A stretch of 7,188 nt of DNA from a virus (taxonomy: Duplodnaviria > Heunggongvirae > Uroviricota > Caudoviricetes), in the IMG/VR virus record IMGVR_UViG_2534681912_000004; one strand, 5' to 3'. Positions 7,096 through 7,188 of this stretch are shown one piece after another (position 1 is the stretch's first letter; each line of letters begins with the position of its first letter). The notes under the pieces are model-generated. The model was not told the origin of the DNA and made no database searches. It saw nothing but the letters and a program-made list of their open reading frames with translations. The position numbers and the translations under genes were made by a program.

Positions 7096-7188
7096 TTATC
7101 TGTGAACTCAGGCTGCCAGATCATCGTTTCCGATGGAAGCATAATAAGCTTTTTCTGCTTCTGCCGGAGGAGTATGGCCCAGCCTTTC

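Noticed and set aside
7096-7110. Programmed translational recoding (stop-codon readthrough) as the explanation for the H stops
   Set aside because: Two different stop codons (TGA and TAA) only 12 nt apart would both need suppression, and there is no recognisable readthrough context or downstream stimulatory structure. Pseudogenisation, a mosaic junction or sequence error are more parsimonious.
1-7188. Novel defence or accessory system, CRISPR array, tRNA or insertion sequence
   Set aside because: No direct-repeat/spacer periodicity, no tRNA-like cloverleaf, no transposase-like ORF or terminal inverted repeats. Every sizeable ORF is accounted for by a canonical lambdoid tail gene or lom. The window appears to be a standard structural module, not a previously undescribed system.

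Overview
This window is a canonical lambda-like (lambdoid) prophage tail-tip module, with every gene on the minus strand. Reading the minus strand 5'->3' (high to low coordinates): the C-terminal end of the tape measure gene H (its frame is interrupted by two in-frame stops near 7096-7110), then M, L, K, I, J, an intrinsic terminator, the moron-like outer-membrane gene lom, a second intrinsic terminator, and the first 55 codons of the side tail fiber gene stf running off the left edge. Protein identities rest on strong resemblance of the translated ORFs to lambda proteins as I recall them, not on a database search. I found no CRISPR array, tRNA/rRNA, transposase or recognisable defence system, and I do not think the window holds a previously undescribed system. 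The points worth a second look are the interrupted H frame, sharp GC discontinuities consistent with mosaic exchange (at the L/M junction and inside J), the terminator-flanked lom unit, the ambiguous start of K relative to its JAMM motif, and the ubiquitin-like/JAMM/NlpC pairing in I and K.
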